The position numbers and the translations under genes were made by a program. 64,000 bases of DNA, taken from NCBI GenBank assembly GCA_963675755.2, contig CAXXMD010000002.1:1856001-1920000 (forward strand), read 5' to 3'. Below, piece by piece: positions 28,637 through 37,333 of the stretch (positions within the stretch are counted from its first letter, which is position 1; each line of letters starts with the position of its first letter). Under the pieces are notes generated by a model. That model was not told the origin of the DNA and ran no database searches. It saw nothing but the letters and a program-made list of their open reading frames with translations. This DNA comes from a bacterium (GTDB lineage: Bacteria; Zhuqueibacterota; Zhuqueibacteria; Residuimicrobiales; Krinioviventaceae).

Positions 28637-28711
28637 AAAAGTCAAGTTAAATTTTTATTAGTTTATGTTTTTTTTGCTTTGTTTTAGGATGGAAATACTG
28701 TATATTTAGAT

Positions 28712-29398
28712 ATGAAAAACATTGCAAAGGAAATACAGGCTATTCTGGATCAGGATCTGATCAGCGTTGAAGAACTGGCAGAGCGCACGGGCCTGACTGT
28801 ACCGGGATTAAAAAAAATTCTGAATGGCCAAACCTCCAGCGTACAGCGTTCCACCATTCGCAAGATTGCTGACGGGACCGGACGCGTGGCCAGAATAGAA
28901 GGTGACACGGTTACCTTTACCCCGGACCTGCCCTCTACGGACAATGTCCCTCCTTTGGAAAGTAATGATAACGCCCTGCCCATTGTTCAGCACGAACGGG
29001 AAGTACCGCATTTCAACGTAGAAGCCGGCGCCGGCATTGGCCAGGCGGTTGCGTCTGAACATATTTCCAGCTATACCAAAATCTTTCCCGGCGTGCACCC
29101 ATCTGTCCAGTTTACGGTTCGCGCCAAAGGCGACAGTATGCAGCTTGCCGGCATAAATGATGGCGATCTGCTATTTGTCACACCCGTAACCGACGCGCGT
29201 ACGGTAAAAAACGGCGCCATTGTGATTGTGGCGGATGAAGATGGCGATCTGCTGGTCAAAATTTTTCAGCGCGAAGGCGATACCATTATGCTGTTTTCCG
29301 CGTCACCGCAATACCGTCCCATTATCAAATCCGCCGACCAGGTACGAATCATTGGCCGCGTCATCCACAGCAGTCATTTAAATACATTCGAGTTGTAA
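28712..29398 (+). CDS. CI/LexA-like repressor (XRE HTH + S24 peptidase)
   Basis: SVEELAERTGLTVPGLKKIL HTH; VEAG cleavage-site motif; KGDSM catalytic Ser; LLVK catalytic Lys; RIIGRV. Confidence 0.9.
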   Translation: MKNIAKEIQAILDQDLISVEELAERTGLTVPGLKKILNGQTSSVQRSTIRKIADGTGRVARIEGDTVTFTPDLPSTDNVPPLESNDNALPIVQHEREVPHFNVEAGAGIGQAVASEHISSYTKIFPGVHPSVQFTVRAKGDSMQLAGINDGDLLFVTPVTDARTVKNGAIVIVADEDGDLLVKIFQREGDTIMLFSASPQYRPIIKSADQVRIIGRVIHSSHLNTFEL

Positions 29399-29414
29399 TC
29401 ACTCTCCATAAAAA

Positions 29415-29826
29415 TTAACCACAGATTAATGCAGATAAAAAGTTCGATGTTTATAAAAAGTGTTATATAAAATTTGCCCACGAAACACTCGAAATAACAT
29501 GAAAACCATACCAAAAATAAATATGCTCTCCCCTATCTATGTAGTTCTGTGTGAATCCGTGGTTCAATAATTTTTGATTTAGCCACGGATCTACACGGAT
29601 TCTCACGGATGAAAAAATAATACTAACCAGATTTTATTGCGTATTTACAGTAAACGGTTCATCTTCTAAACCAAAGATGAACACAGATGCTACAACCGTA
29701 GGAAATCATTTTTGCGCTTTTTTCGCGTGCTTTGCGTTTTGTATTTTTTTCGTGATTTTATTATCTATCTATGTAGTTCTGTGTGAATCCATGGCTTAAT
29801 AATTTTTTTGATTTAGCCACGGATCT
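29415..29826. repeat. Cluster of CAC(A/G)GAT-type repeats including a ~60-bp direct duplication
   Basis: 29533-29592 and 29765-29826 near-identical; CCACGGATCTACACGGATTCTCACGGAT; TTAACCACAGATTAATGCAGAT at 29415. Confidence 0.75.
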
Positions 29827-29937
29827 GAAACACTGGCAAATCAAAGAACTCTTGCTACATATTATCTGTTTTTATTTTTTTATCACAAATATATTTTATA
29901 TATTGCGACAGAATTAAGTAACTATCAGGGGGCAGCC

Positions 29938-30363
29938 ATGACATGCACAAACCATCCGGACCAATCAGCAGAATACACTTGCGCGTATTGCAAGACCCAG
30001 ATCTGTGCAAACTGTTACGATGCATTCCGATTTATCAAACACCGCAAATCCATACCGTTTTGCTCAGATGCATGTAAATCCCAATATCGGGAAAGACTGA
30101 TCGCAATAAAATGCAAAAACCGTAAAAGATCCTATCAATTCATTTTGTTGGGTGCTGGACTGATCGCCATGTCGCTATTGCTATTTATCATACGGATCTA
30201 CATCGAGTTTGAGCTGGGCATTACATTCGAATCCGGTTGGAGTCGACTGGCTGACCGGCTGTTTCGGGCATTGCTTGTACCGGCAGTATTTTTCACCGGT
30301 GTAGGCTATCTGTTCAATTTTATACGCGCGTTTTTCAGCGGAGAAAATCCGGATTTACTCTAG
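29938..30363 (+). CDS. B-box-like zinc-finger membrane protein
   Basis: CxxHP...CxxCxxxxCxxC...CxxxC, then two hydrophobic helices. Confidence 0.65.
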   Translation: MTCTNHPDQSAEYTCAYCKTQICANCYDAFRFIKHRKSIPFCSDACKSQYRERLIAIKCKNRKRSYQFILLGAGLIAMSLLLFIIRIYIEFELGITFESGWSRLADRLFRALLVPAVFFTGVGYLFNFIRAFFSGENPDLL

Positions 30364-30519
30364 CCACTCCCTTCTTTTATCCAATAAAAAAACACAGAAT
30401 TCATGTTGACAAATGCTAAAAATTTCTTTATAATTAAATTATTGATGTTATTGGGTATGGGTAAAAAATATTTATAACAAGGGATCTCTCTGACAAATCA
30501 GGTCCCATGGGGAAAGTTC

Positions 30520-30762
30520 ATGGACGAACATAATTTTGAGAAAAAACAAAATCAGGAACTGGTGCGCAATATACCGGATCATGAATCTGGTATTCTTTTG
30601 CCTCACGATCTTGTAGAAGACATTCTGGAACTACTGACCAATCCGAAAAAATTCCACTACAACACTAACGAGATCGTCTGCGATTGGGATGACGTAACAC
30701 GTGTTAGCGCAAACCTGCTGGCAATTTTAAGGGAGCAGGCACATTCAAAGAATAAGGTATAG
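30520..30762 (+). CDS. Hypothetical protein
   Basis: 80-aa ORF with GGGG-rich RBS and AT-rich upstream promoter region. Confidence 0.5.
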   Translation: MDEHNFEKKQNQELVRNIPDHESGILLPHDLVEDILELLTNPKKFHYNTNEIVCDWDDVTRVSANLLAILREQAHSKNKV

Positions 30763-30865
30763 CATTTACACCACTCACATTAAATAGAAACTTTATTTAT
30801 ACTCACAAGTTCAATCCTGTACAATACTCCAAATAAAAAAATATTCAAATTTAAGAGGCTCGCAC

Positions 30866-31681
30866 ATGTCAAATCTTGACAAGCTAAACAAAATACTTTT
30901 TACAATAATGTCAATATTGATTATTGTAACAGCTATACTCGTGATAGCTATGATTATACCAGAGATAACAAACAATCATTCTATAGATACGCCTCCCATG
31001 TTATCTAATGAGCGTATGCAGGAACTAAAAGAACAAAATCTGTATCAGGAAAAAATTGATTTTGATTATATCTCCTCACTCGATACAACCGGTCAATTTT
31101 ATCTGCTTCCTGTGAAACAGGTACTGCTAGACAAACCATCCATGCTCCCGGATTATGACGAGTTGATAGACCAGGAAATTATTCTGGACGAGGGAATTAC
31201 TAAGGGCATAATTTCTTATGGTTATCAGAACACGCATAACAATCTTGTAATATTGGACATAAAAAAAAATACACAGGATATAATTTTCAAAACCCGAATT
31301 TGCATTGTAGAATATAGATCCTTTTCCTGGAAAAACAGTCCATATCTCCTGATCAGTGCGTGCACCCATGACGATAACAAAGACGGACAAATGGACAATA
31401 AAGATTTAAAATATCTGTATTTATATGATGTTAAAAACAAAGAATTGACAACTATTATTGACTCCCCCTTTCTTGGATCAGAGTTTCGTTATAGCGGAAT
31501 AAAGGATGACAATATATTCATTACGATATCAAACGATATAGATGGAAATTACAAATATGATGCTTCAACAGACCAAAAACAAATCTATAAATTTAACATT
31601 CAAACCCGCAAACTAGAATCTATTGTGGGTACCAAGCTGCTAAATGATTTACAAAGCATTTTAAATGGTTCTACGCTGTAA
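30866..31681 (+). CDS. Hypothetical membrane-anchored protein with DxxxDG Ca-binding-like motifs
   Basis: N-terminal TM helix; DDNKDGQMDNKD and DIDGNYKYD. Confidence 0.65.
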   Translation: MSNLDKLNKILFTIMSILIIVTAILVIAMIIPEITNNHSIDTPPMLSNERMQELKEQNLYQEKIDFDYISSLDTTGQFYLLPVKQVLLDKPSMLPDYDELIDQEIILDEGITKGIISYGYQNTHNNLVILDIKKNTQDIIFKTRICIVEYRSFSWKNSPYLLISACTHDDNKDGQMDNKDLKYLYLYDVKNKELTTIIDSPFLGSEFRYSGIKDDNIFITISNDIDGNYKYDASTDQKQIYKFNIQTRKLESIVGTKLLNDLQSILNGSTL

Positions 31682-31709
31682 AAAAAAGAAAAGTGCAGTA
31701 GAAAAAATT

Positions 31710-31737
31710 TCCGGGGCGCAATGCCCCGGATAAAAAA
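31710..31737. terminator. Terminator hairpin between convergent genes
   Basis: TCCGGGGC-GCAAT-GCCCCGGA flanked by A-runs. Confidence 0.6.
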
Positions 31738-31743
31738 TCAAAC

Positions 31744-32997
31744 CTAGTTTAATCCTTCTACCAGAACCGTACCATCACCCTGTTTAAACAATGTAAAGCT
31801 ATCCATTACTTTTCCATCCAGACTCTTGGATACATATGTCAACTTTTTCGGACACAGGCTGATTACCTGGTACAACTGGGTTTCGCCAATATCCGTACGC
31901 ATCAGGTGAGCAAAAGTCTTGTTGTCTTTGTACATTTTGGGGCCGCTGACAGATACCGCGTAAATAGGCGCAGATACATCGGAACCAACAGTTTTATCCT
32001 GAATGATTTTGCCTGTACGTCCATAATGGTGATCATGTCCGGACAAAACCAAATCCACACCATATTTTTCAAACAAAGGAGCTAATACCGCTCGCTGTTC
32101 CTTGTTATCACGTTCATTACCCGTAGAATAAATGGGATGATGAAAAGTGACTATCAACCACTCTTTGGTATTGGACTTTAATACCGATTCCAGCCATTCC
32201 AGTTGGTCCTTGTTCTCCCATGAATCGGAATTAAAGATCACAAAACGCGCGCTCTGATAATCGATTGTATAAGCCGCTTCTTTGAAATACTTGTTATCAG
32301 GTCCGTTTGTTGGTAGTGCAAAATGTGCAAAGTATAGCGGATCCGGAGTTTCATTACCATCATCATCCTGAACCTTATCCGTTGTATCATGGTTACCGGG
32401 AGCAGGAACAAACGGTACCGTACGCGCAATAAAACCAAAGGCTTCAAAAAATTCGCGCCAATTATCATCATTATTTCCACGGTTCACCAGATCACCCGCA
32501 ATCAAGACAAATCGACTGTCCGGTGCATCTGCATATGCTGTTCTCAGCAATGGAGACGCGTGCGAATAAATATCATTCTGAATGTCACCCAAATAGATAA
32601 AAGAGAACGGCTCCTCTTCATTACCGGCAGTATGGAACACGTTCCACTCGCTCCAGGTCTCGCCGGCCCCAACACGATAAACATAAGAAGAATTAGGTTT
32701 CAGGCCATCAAAACGGGCATTGTAATGCGTAAAGGTATTACCATCAATGGTCGTTATATCTTCCGCAACAGCTTTAACAGTGGTTGCGGCATCCTTAAAC
32801 TGGCGTCCCCATACCATCACGGGTGCAACCTGTGCCTCTGCATTATCCAGATGCTTTACAGTACGCCATGCAACAGATTGACTGGTTGTGGGATCACCCT
32901 GCCAGCTCAACACGATACGCTGAGGTTGATCATCCGACATTGCTAAAAGTTGAACTGCAAATAAAATAACCAATACAGCAATTAAAGTTTTTTTCAT
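31744..32997 (-). CDS. Secreted purple-acid-phosphatase-like metallophosphoesterase
   Basis: N-terminal FN3-like domain; GDIQ, AGDLVN, PGNHD, FHHP, SGHDH motifs. Confidence 0.9.
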   Translation of the reverse strand: MKKTLIAVLVILFAVQLLAMSDDQPQRIVLSWQGDPTTSQSVAWRTVKHLDNAEAQVAPVMVWGRQFKDAATTVKAVAEDITTIDGNTFTHYNARFDGLKPNSSYVYRVGAGETWSEWNVFHTAGNEEEPFSFIYLGDIQNDIYSHASPLLRTAYADAPDSRFVLIAGDLVNRGNNDDNWREFFEAFGFIARTVPFVPAPGNHDTTDKVQDDDGNETPDPLYFAHFALPTNGPDNKYFKEAAYTIDYQSARFVIFNSDSWENKDQLEWLESVLKSNTKEWLIVTFHHPIYSTGNERDNKEQRAVLAPLFEKYGVDLVLSGHDHHYGRTGKIIQDKTVGSDVSAPIYAVSVSGPKMYKDNKTFAHLMRTDIGETQLYQVISLCPKKLTYVSKSLDGKVMDSFTLFKQGDGTVLVEGLN

Positions 32998-33093
32998 TTA
33001 TTTTCCTCAGGTCATATAAGACTCTAACTTTTTCAATTTAACGTTTAAACAATAGAGAATCATCCCCAAAAGCAGGGTTATACAAAATTTTAC

Positions 33094-33120
33094 AAAAAAA
33101 AAGCCGGTATAAAACCGGCT
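33094..33120 (-). terminator. Rho-independent terminator
   Basis: A-run followed by GCCGGT-ATAAA-ACCGGC directly after the 33127 stop. Confidence 0.7.
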
Positions 33121-33126
33121 ATTCTT

Positions 33127-33570
33127 TTACATTACCATTCTGGCCACTGTTGCAGCCTGCTTGGGAATTGGGATTTTTAATTCCCGGAGATATTGTTTGA
33201 ACATAATATTGATCCACTCTTTGGATGTATCGAGCTTTTTAATAACAACATGGCTATTTTCTCCATCAGAAACAAAATCATAATCTGTAATAACCAGGCT
33301 GATTGGACTGTTTTCCCCTTTTAAAAACAACAAAGCCGATACTCGTTTGTCAGGAGGCTCTACTTCTACCCGTTCCACATGTCCCATATCACATATTGCA
33401 TTATTCAGATACTGCTCAAGCGCGTAAGCGACTCCCTTTCCAAACACATTCATTCGCTTCCCTTCCGAATTTATATCTACCGATATCATTACGCGTCTGC
33501 CCGCCAAAGGTTCCGTATTATTGGAAAATTTTAAAAATTTCTTTCCCCCTCGGGCATTTTTAAATTCCAT
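33127..33570 (-). CDS. Hypothetical protein (start may be internal MNVFGK)
   Basis: ORF followed by a terminator; GAAGGGAAG purine-rich RBS before the internal ATG. Confidence 0.55.
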   Translation of the reverse strand: MEFKNARGGKKFLKFSNNTEPLAGRRVMISVDINSEGKRMNVFGKGVAYALEQYLNNAICDMGHVERVEVEPPDKRVSALLFLKGENSPISLVITDYDFVSDGENSHVVIKKLDTSKEWINIMFKQYLRELKIPIPKQAATVARMVM

Positions 33571-33653
33571 TACATATTACGGGTGTTTCACGTGTTCGCG
33601 TAAAATTTCAAGACCTTTTTCTTTTCAAATTCTTTTGGATCTGCCCGAAAATT

Positions 33654-34847
33654 TTATTTCACAAGTAATACTTTATGTGTAAAAGACTTTCCTTCTGCCT
33701 GCATCCGGATAAAATATACACCACTTGGCATGGAATTTCCATTTGCATTGGTACCATCCCATTTTACCGTATAATGCCCAGCCGATTGTTTTTCACCATT
33801 TACCAACGTTGCTACCGGTTTACCCAATATATCATATACTCTCAGGTCCACCTGGGTATCTATGGCCAATCTGTACGGGATTGTTGTTTCCGGATTAAAA
33901 GGATTGGGATATGCCGCATCCAAAGCAAATTGATGGGGTGTAGCAGATGTCAGATCAACTGGCACAACACCGGCAACATTTACTTTACCGTCAGAATCTA
34001 CACTTGATAACCGGTACCAGACCTTATCCTTGTTGTAAAAATTACTATCCAGAAATTCATAATGTGTTTGTGTGGTTGTTGTATTCTGCCCTTCAAGTTC
34101 GGCATGGGTTTGGTAAGATGCAAATTGCTGCCAATCTTCATCCAGTGAGAAACGCTGTTCAATAATATAACCTAAATTGTTGATCTCGGAAGCGCTCTGC
34201 CATGTCAAGAGCAGGCCCTCATCATTGGGTACTACACTGAACGAAATCAACTCTACCGGTAGAGTATTTTCAACAATCGTCAGTTCGGGCACAAATGCAT
34301 AGCTTTCGTATCCAATATTTCCATTTAATTTCATGGCAATAAAATAACTGTCATTCAAAACCGCGTTTGCTGTTGGTTGAATACACCATTCAACTTCTAC
34401 ATCAGCACCATCTACAAGATCTTTAAAAAGGACTTCTGTGAGCTCATTGCACCAACCCAGCGCATGCGTATACCCATCTGTTGTTGTTAACCGATCTAAT
34501 GCATTATCATCCTGATCATAATAAATGGTCTCTGTTAATTTAAATGCATTTACAGAACCATCGGTTGTAATTTGAGTTCCAACAAACCAATCCGTTACTG
34601 CACTGGTTTCATAATAAAAGAGCGCAAAGGGAATTCCACTATCAGAAACATCTCGCATGTATTCTACACGGAGTCGTACATTTGTATATTGCATGGCTTC
34701 CGCAGGGGTATCTTCAGCCTCTATCCAGGTTGCTGTTTCTTCTGTACCATCATCATTTCGCCAGCGATAGTGTCCCTGACGATTTGCCTGTGCAAATACC
34801 AGAGTTACATTCCCCAAAATCAAGAACAATAGAATCAATCTTTTCAT
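33654..34847 (-). CDS. Secreted protein with LPVEL domain and T9SS CTD
   Basis: Signal peptide after AAGGAG RBS; YRWRNDDGTE..ATW...ED N-domain; LPVELISF; AYPNPFNP CTD. Confidence 0.8.
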   Translation of the reverse strand: MKRLILLFLILGNVTLVFAQANRQGHYRWRNDDGTEETATWIEAEDTPAEAMQYTNVRLRVEYMRDVSDSGIPFALFYYETSAVTDWFVGTQITTDGSVNAFKLTETIYYDQDDNALDRLTTTDGYTHALGWCNELTEVLFKDLVDGADVEVEWCIQPTANAVLNDSYFIAMKLNGNIGYESYAFVPELTIVENTLPVELISFSVVPNDEGLLLTWQSASEINNLGYIIEQRFSLDEDWQQFASYQTHAELEGQNTTTTQTHYEFLDSNFYNKDKVWYRLSSVDSDGKVNVAGVVPVDLTSATPHQFALDAAYPNPFNPETTIPYRLAIDTQVDLRVYDILGKPVATLVNGEKQSAGHYTVKWDGTNANGNSMPSGVYFIRMQAEGKSFTHKVLLVK

Positions 34848-34974
34848 AGTGCTCTCCTTTCCCAATCTTTTTTCCACCCGTCACGTCCTCTGCAATATTC
34901 AAAAATACTGCTTTCGTTAAATATAACCCTATATACATCAAAAACCAATAATTTTATATATTAAATGTAAATCA

Positions 34975-36327
34975 TTGTATTTTTTCACCACAAGCACTAT
35001 TGCATTGAAACCTGAAAATATATATCCCGTATACGGGTATGACAAAATGGAGGATCCAATAGTGCATTATAGAATACTATCCCTGCTCGATCTCTATAAC
35101 CGAATCTGGCGCGAGTGTCCGGAAACTTTACCCCAAACAGGACGTACCTTTACTCCTGCCGAACAGGTTGTAAACCTGAGAAACCTGGACACCACCCTTG
35201 CCGACCTTGACACAACCCAGCAGATCAGCAATCGTTTTATCGCCAGGGACCGGTTCACGCATACTATTCAAAACCTGCTTGCAGGTCTCATGGGTTTTGA
35301 GCAACCCCAGCTCGATGTACTTTTTTCCAAAGATTCTATCAAAGCCGCAGTAGATTTTGTGAACATGGCTAAAAAATATGATCCCAATTTACCCATTGCC
35401 GATATTTATCAGGCGGCACGTAACGTATGGGCCATGACAGGTATGCAATACATGTTCGGACTGCCTGTAGAATTGACACCCTCTATGTTTGCGTACAGTC
35501 TGCTTTACCCCTATACAGACAATTATCTGGATGATCCTACGATACCTGCAAAAACAAAACTGTCCTTTAATGATCGATTCGGCAAACGCATTAACGGAGA
35601 AAAAGCAAAACCCAAAAACGATTATGAAAAACGCGTGTTCGAATTAATTGGCATGATTGAAAAACAGTGGGACCGTAAACACTATCCACTGGTTTATGAA
35701 AGTCTTATCGCAATACATATTGCCCAGATCAAAAGCATGCGCCTGCTCGATCAAAATGCAAATCTTGATACGGAACAGGTGCTGTCCATCAGCCTGGAAA
35801 AAGGCGGAGCTTCCGTACTGGCAGATGGCTATCTGGTTTCCGGCGAACTGACACCGGAACAGGAGAAATTCCTATTTGGATATGGCGCGTTTCTGCAATT
35901 GCTGGATGACTTGCAGGATGTAAATGTGGATAAAGCAAACGGACAGCAATCCGTTTACACAGAATGTTTAGGAAAAACCAAACTCGACAAGCTTACCAAC
36001 AAGACGTTTCACTTTAGTACCGGCGTAATGCAAACAATTGAAGAGATGGGCCTCAATGGTAAAACAGAGATAATGAAAACCATGATGGGCAATTCTGCAC
36101 ACAATATGCTGATCGATGCGGCTGGCCGGTCAAACACGTATTATACAGACAGCTATATCCGCAAACTGGAGCAGCAATCTCCGCTTTCATTTGAGCGAGT
36201 AGCAGAAAAACGCAAAACCATTGCTCAAAATACAGATAAATTTAATTCCTGGTTTGAATTATTCTCGGAAAGAAAACCAAAACAACAACAAACAATACCA
36301 ATTAAAGAATCAGTTATATCAGCATGA
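34975..36327 (+). CDS. Class I isoprenoid-synthase-superfamily-like protein (start uncertain)
   Basis: Two Asp-rich motifs YTDNYLDD and QLLDDLQD; EKGG between them; alpha-helical character. Confidence 0.55.
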   Translation: MYFFTTSTIALKPENIYPVYGYDKMEDPIVHYRILSLLDLYNRIWRECPETLPQTGRTFTPAEQVVNLRNLDTTLADLDTTQQISNRFIARDRFTHTIQNLLAGLMGFEQPQLDVLFSKDSIKAAVDFVNMAKKYDPNLPIADIYQAARNVWAMTGMQYMFGLPVELTPSMFAYSLLYPYTDNYLDDPTIPAKTKLSFNDRFGKRINGEKAKPKNDYEKRVFELIGMIEKQWDRKHYPLVYESLIAIHIAQIKSMRLLDQNANLDTEQVLSISLEKGGASVLADGYLVSGELTPEQEKFLFGYGAFLQLLDDLQDVNVDKANGQQSVYTECLGKTKLDKLTNKTFHFSTGVMQTIEEMGLNGKTEIMKTMMGNSAHNMLIDAAGRSNTYYTDSYIRKLEQQSPLSFERVAEKRKTIAQNTDKFNSWFELFSERKPKQQQTIPIKESVISA

Positions 36328-37057
36328 GAAAATAGCTGGTTAAAAATGCAGTCAGAATACCGAACCCGAAACTGGTCAATGTGCCTATGATTATGTATTC
36401 TGCCTGCATTTTATCTTTTTGGTCCTTAACCTCCCCATAACGCAAAATAGACTTGGCAGCAATTAAAAACCCAATACCCAAACCCTGCCCTGTCAGGTAA
36501 AGCAGCATAATCAAAAACCGCTCCAGCCAGCCGATCCACATGCCACCGTTACTCAACCCCTTAACAAACCCATTTTTATTTTTCAATTCTTTTTCAAATG
36601 GAGCAACAATATATTTTATTACAAAGCCACTGAAACGTATGGCAACAATAAATCCGGTTACAATGATTAAAACAGACCAATATGTAGTACCAAATATGTC
36701 AGACCAGATGGATACGTCATTATCAAACATAGAGATGTTCATAATCAGCATTACCAATCCCCAAAGAACCGCAACATGAAATAGCTGATCCAATAAAAAT
36801 ACAGTTAATCCATCCTCAAAAAAATGAGATTTACAATAATCCAGACAGGTATGGAGCAAAAGCACACCGACGGGAATGAGCCAAAGCGCCAGGTAACCAC
36901 AAACCAGCCAGCTTAATATGGCAACCAACCCGGTATGCAGCAACAGAAATCCGATTTTCTTTTTATTCTTGACCAGACCGTACGATTGAAAAACAAAGTC
37001 ACCCAGAAAATGCGCTGCCATCAAACCGATAAATATTCTGCTCCCCTCTATGGTCAT
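36314..37057 (-). CDS. DUF3307 membrane protein
   Basis: AHFLGDFVFQ, LLHT, HTCLD, DQLFH; G.WIG.LER, AAKSILRY, EYIIIGTL. Confidence 0.85.
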   Translation of the reverse strand: MTIEGSRIFIGLMAAHFLGDFVFQSYGLVKNKKKIGFLLLHTGLVAILSWLVCGYLALWLIPVGVLLLHTCLDYCKSHFFEDGLTVFLLDQLFHVAVLWGLVMLIMNISMFDNDVSIWSDIFGTTYWSVLIIVTGFIVAIRFSGFVIKYIVAPFEKELKNKNGFVKGLSNGGMWIGWLERFLIMLLYLTGQGLGIGFLIAAKSILRYGEVKDQKDKMQAEYIIIGTLTSFGFGILTAFLTSYFLMLI

Positions 37058-37136
37058 TTGTTACTCTCTCCTGTTTCTGCGGTTATTGTTTTCATATTTA
37101 ATTTCATTTAATACCTGTATAGACAAGGATTTATTA

Positions 37137-37328
37137 TTTTAACCTCTCAAGGTTAAAATCACCAACATTAACCTCTCAGGGTTAATATTACTAAAATCTT
37201 TATTGTTATCATTTTTCTTTATGAATTCATAATCCTGTTATCATGGATTATAGCTTCTTAATACTATAACCATTCATTATAGCCTTGAGAGGATATAATA
37301 ATCATTTATAACCTCTCGGGGCTATAAA
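37137..37328. promoter_or_regulatory. Array of ~20-24-bp palindromes with 29-bp period
   Basis: TTTTAACCTCTCAAGGTTAAAA (37137), ATTAACCTCTCAGGGTTAAT (37167), degenerate copy (37248), TTATAGCCTTGAGAGGATATAA (37277), TTTATAACCTCTCGGGGCTATAAA (37305). Confidence 0.75.
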
Positions 37329-37333
37329 TCATA

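Larger units (their letters stand above)
24428..29398. mobile_element. Minimal phage-derived module (defective or domesticated prophage)
   Basis: Contiguous lysozyme, small HTH, TerL, TerS-like, hypothetical, YqaJ and divergent CI-like repressor; looks more GC-rich than the flanks by eye; no structural genes or integrase. Confidence 0.8.

Noticed and set aside
24863-29439. 22/25-bp direct repeats near the phage module ends as attL/attR
   Set aside because: A 24/25-identical copy lies at 3751-3775, so this is a dispersed repeat. The left copy also excludes the lysozyme, and there is no integrase or tRNA target.
37137-37328. Palindrome array as a CRISPR array
   Set aside because: A 29-bp period leaves under 10 bp of spacer, copies are degenerate, one is inverted, and no cas genes are present.
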